From positions 96,001 through 160,000 of the IMG/VR virus record IMGVR_UViG_3300013121_000033: a stretch of DNA of 64,000 nucleotides; one strand, 5' to 3'. Below are positions 61,832 through 64,000 of the stretch, in pieces. The notes beneath the pieces were generated by a model. That model did no database searches. It was given only the letters and a program-made list of their open reading frames with translations, and was not told the origin of the DNA. The translations under genes and the position numbers were made by a program. Origin of the DNA: a virus. Taxonomy: Duplodnaviria; Caudoviricetes. Numbering within the stretch: position 1 is the first letter of the stretch; each line of letters starts with the position of its first letter.

Positions 61832-63555
61832 GATCCGCCTCCGGCGCGTCCGGCGAGCGCTCGGGTGAACTGTTCGATGCACGAGGCGAGGTCTGCTGTG
61901 GCGATCTGGTCGGGAGGTGCGCCACACCCTGCGGCCGGGGCGGCTGCGGGGCCTTCGGTCGGAGCGGGGCCAGTCGAGGGAGTGACGTCCTGGTCGGCGC
62001 CGGTGCCGTTCGGGTCGATCTTCACGAGACGAGTCGGGACTTCGGCGTCGGCGGAGATGTCGAGCCGATAGATGACTCGGCCGTTCAGTTCACCGAACGC
62101 CCGCCACAGGGTGCCGGTGATCGGGGAGAACTCGACGAGCTTCCCGCCGTTCGGGACGAACTGCCCGGCGTTCGTCGCGAGATAGTTGCGGGCGTCGACT
62201 TCGAGGTTGTCGATGTTGATGCGGCGCGGGTCGTTGACGTCGAGGACGTAGACGCGGAGCGGGTTGAGGCGCCCGGCGTTCGCTGTGTCGGCGGGGGTGA
62301 CGGCGTAGGCGACGAACACTTCGCTCTTGGACGACCGGAGAGTGAGCGGGGTGACCCATTCCAGGCGGCCGGTCTTGGCGTTCTTGAGCAGGTACTCCGA
62401 GACGTTCCCGGCTTGGACGCTGCTCGACGCAGGGTCGAACCCGAACTTGTTGCGGTTCATGTTCTGACGTCCCGCGGCCCACATCGAGTTGCGACGTTGG
62501 CGGGCGACGAGGCTCATCGGGTAGACGGGACCGGGGTACTCGCCGGGGTCGGCGGACGTGTGGAGCGACGTGGTCGTCTTGCCGTTGTCGCCACGGACGA
62601 TGATGAACCCGCCGTAGGTGTTCACGGTCCGGGACTTGGTGGCGGCCTGGCGGACCGTGGGGATCACGACGACGGGTTCGTCGGTGTCGGTGCAGTAACC
62701 CCACACGTCGCCGAGGGTCCAGATCAGGTCCGGGTACCGTTCGGCCAGGAGGTTCCGCAGGTTGTTCATGCGGCTGCCGCGCAGGGCGCGGTCGAGGGCG
62801 TACTTCCCTTCGAAGAGGCATTGGTGGGGCTTGCCGCTGCCCACCCATTCGGCGATCCCGCCGATCGGCTGTTGGATGCTGCCGCCGTCGAGGACCCCGG
62901 ACCAGCGGGCTGGCTGCTCGTGCCAGTCGTTCAGGTAGGTGAGGGTCGAGTCGACGAGGGACACGCGTTGGATGTCGACAGCGGTGCGGTCGATCGCGAT
63001 GTTGGCGCCGTCGAGTGACCCGATGCGAGGCTCCCACCCGGTGTCAGGGAGTGAGCCTTCGGTGATGCACGACGGGACGTCGTGGACGCCGCGGAGAGCG
63101 CATCGTCCGTTGCTGTGGGTCGCGTCGGCGGCGAGCCGGGAAAGGGGGGCGGGGACCTTGCCGAGGTCGGGAACAACGAAGGTAACGGACCCGGCGTCGT
63201 AGCGGGCTTCGTCCTTGTCGTTGTCCCACTCGCCGGTGACGACGTTGACTGCGCACCACACGAACACCACACCAACCACGGCGGCGGCGGCGAGGCCGAA
63301 CCCGACGGGTTGGATCGCGACGAGCAACACGAACGCGGCGAGGGCACAGATCGCGAGGACCCACCACAGGGTCGTCGTCGTCGTCGTCGCGGAGAGCAGG
63401 TTGCGGTCGAGCCACCGGTCGTAGGAGTAGGTCGAGTCGAGCCCGCCTGCGAACAGATGCAGGACCGCGGCTGGCAGCCCGAAGATCGCTACTGCGGCGA
63501 CGAACGGTGAGATGATCGAACCGATGATCGGGACGGCGTCGATGTCAGAGTCCAT
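61828..63555 (-). CDS. Membrane protein with large extracytoplasmic domain (MDSD start)
   Basis: Three N-terminal TM segments; follows promoter copy 9. Confidence 0.75.
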   Translation of the reverse strand: MDSDIDAVPIIGSIISPFVAAVAIFGLPAAVLHLFAGGLDSTYSYDRWLDRNLLSATTTTTTLWWVLAICALAAFVLLVAIQPVGFGLAAAAVVGVVFVWCAVNVVTGEWDNDKDEARYDAGSVTFVVPDLGKVPAPLSRLAADATHSNGRCALRGVHDVPSCITEGSLPDTGWEPRIGSLDGANIAIDRTAVDIQRVSLVDSTLTYLNDWHEQPARWSGVLDGGSIQQPIGGIAEWVGSGKPHQCLFEGKYALDRALRGSRMNNLRNLLAERYPDLIWTLGDVWGYCTDTDEPVVVIPTVRQAATKSRTVNTYGGFIIVRGDNGKTTTSLHTSADPGEYPGPVYPMSLVARQRRNSMWAAGRQNMNRNKFGFDPASSSVQAGNVSEYLLKNAKTGRLEWVTPLTLRSSKSEVFVAYAVTPADTANAGRLNPLRVYVLDVNDPRRINIDNLEVDARNYLATNAGQFVPNGGKLVEFSPITGTLWRAFGELNGRVIYRLDISADAEVPTRLVKIDPNGTGADQDVTPSTGPAPTEGPAAAPAAGCGAPPDQIATADLASCIEQFTRALAGRAGGGS

Positions 63556-63596
63556 GGCGTCGCACGCTACGACCGACGTTAGGGTGGCGTCAACAA
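63544..63596 (-). promoter_or_regulatory. Conserved promoter/operator, copy 9
   Basis: TTGACG-18-TAGCGT-8-ATGGACTCTGAC. Confidence 0.75.
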
Positions 63597-63764
63597 CCAG
63601 TTGCGGCGATGGGGCGGCTAGGGTCCGGCAACTATGCGCAACGACAACGGCTCGGCGATCGGTCGGATGCTGCGGCGAGCGTTCCACGGGATGTGGGGTC
63701 ACCCGAAGCCGGTGACGACATCACGGGACGGCCGCAGGTACACGTCGAGGTGCGACCGGTGCAG

Positions 63765-64000
63765 GTGAACAAGCGGGTCGTGAAAGCGGGGGAGTCCCTG
63801 GTCGGGGCGCGGGCGTTGATCGCTGTCGGCGAGAAGGTCAACGCGACAGTGAAGTCAGCGGCGCGGAAACTCACCTACCGGGTCGCTGTGTCGGACCGTG
63901 ACCCGCTGTACCGGCTGGTGGAACGGGAGTTGGCGCCGTACGTTCCGAACTGGTCGAGGCGGGTGCTGCGCGCCGGGTTCGAACGGGACGTGAAAGCACC
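63765..64000 (+). CDS. N-terminal fragment of a protein running off the window
   Basis: Open frame VNKRVVKAG...TYRVAVSDRDPLY to the window edge; start uncertain. Confidence 0.45.
   Translation, partial: MNKRVVKAGESLVGARALIAVGEKVNATVKSAARKLTYRVAVSDRDPLYRLVERELAPYVPNWSRRVLRAGFERDVKA

Noticed and set aside
15976-63596. The repeated GTTG...CAAC elements as a CRISPR array or integron attC sites
   Set aside because: Dispersed by kilobases on both strands, always at promoter spacing from a start codon; no cas or integron integrase seen

Overview
High-GC segment of a large tailed (siphovirus-type) phage genome, most likely infecting an actinobacterium; no integrase or host housekeeping genes are visible. 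It holds the end of the terminase large subunit, a tail module (minor tail, duplicated Dit-like protein, 3225-aa tape measure, tail chaperone with a probable frameshift, neck/terminator, major tail, adaptor), a multi-membrane-protein lysis cassette with an M15 endolysin, two intein-containing helicases (UvrD-like, SNF2-like), a five-glycosyltransferase/methyltransferase/acyltransferase cluster, RtcB, a DHH phosphoesterase, a HerA-like ATPase and 11 tRNAs at four loci. Main candidate for an undescribed system: two tRNA operons are each preceded by the same architecture (GTGGTACCGT -10 element, 7 nt, a short leaderless ORF, then a TAG-CTCC...GGAGC hairpin), and each short ORF contains the codons read by all three tRNAs downstream (GAA/GAG/CAG before Gln-CTG, Glu-CTC, Glu-TTC; CAA/TGG/CCG before Pro-CGG, Trp-CCA, Gln-TTG). 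This suggests a ribosome-stalling sensor that turns on phage tRNAs when the matching host tRNAs are depleted (inference). Second: about 10 dispersed copies of a promoter/operator with a leaderless start (TTGACG, GTTG-N9-CAAC, ATGGACAACGAC = 'MDND') drive unrelated genes. All product calls are from motif recognition by eye; no database searches were run. Many start codons were moved downstream of the ORF-track starts.
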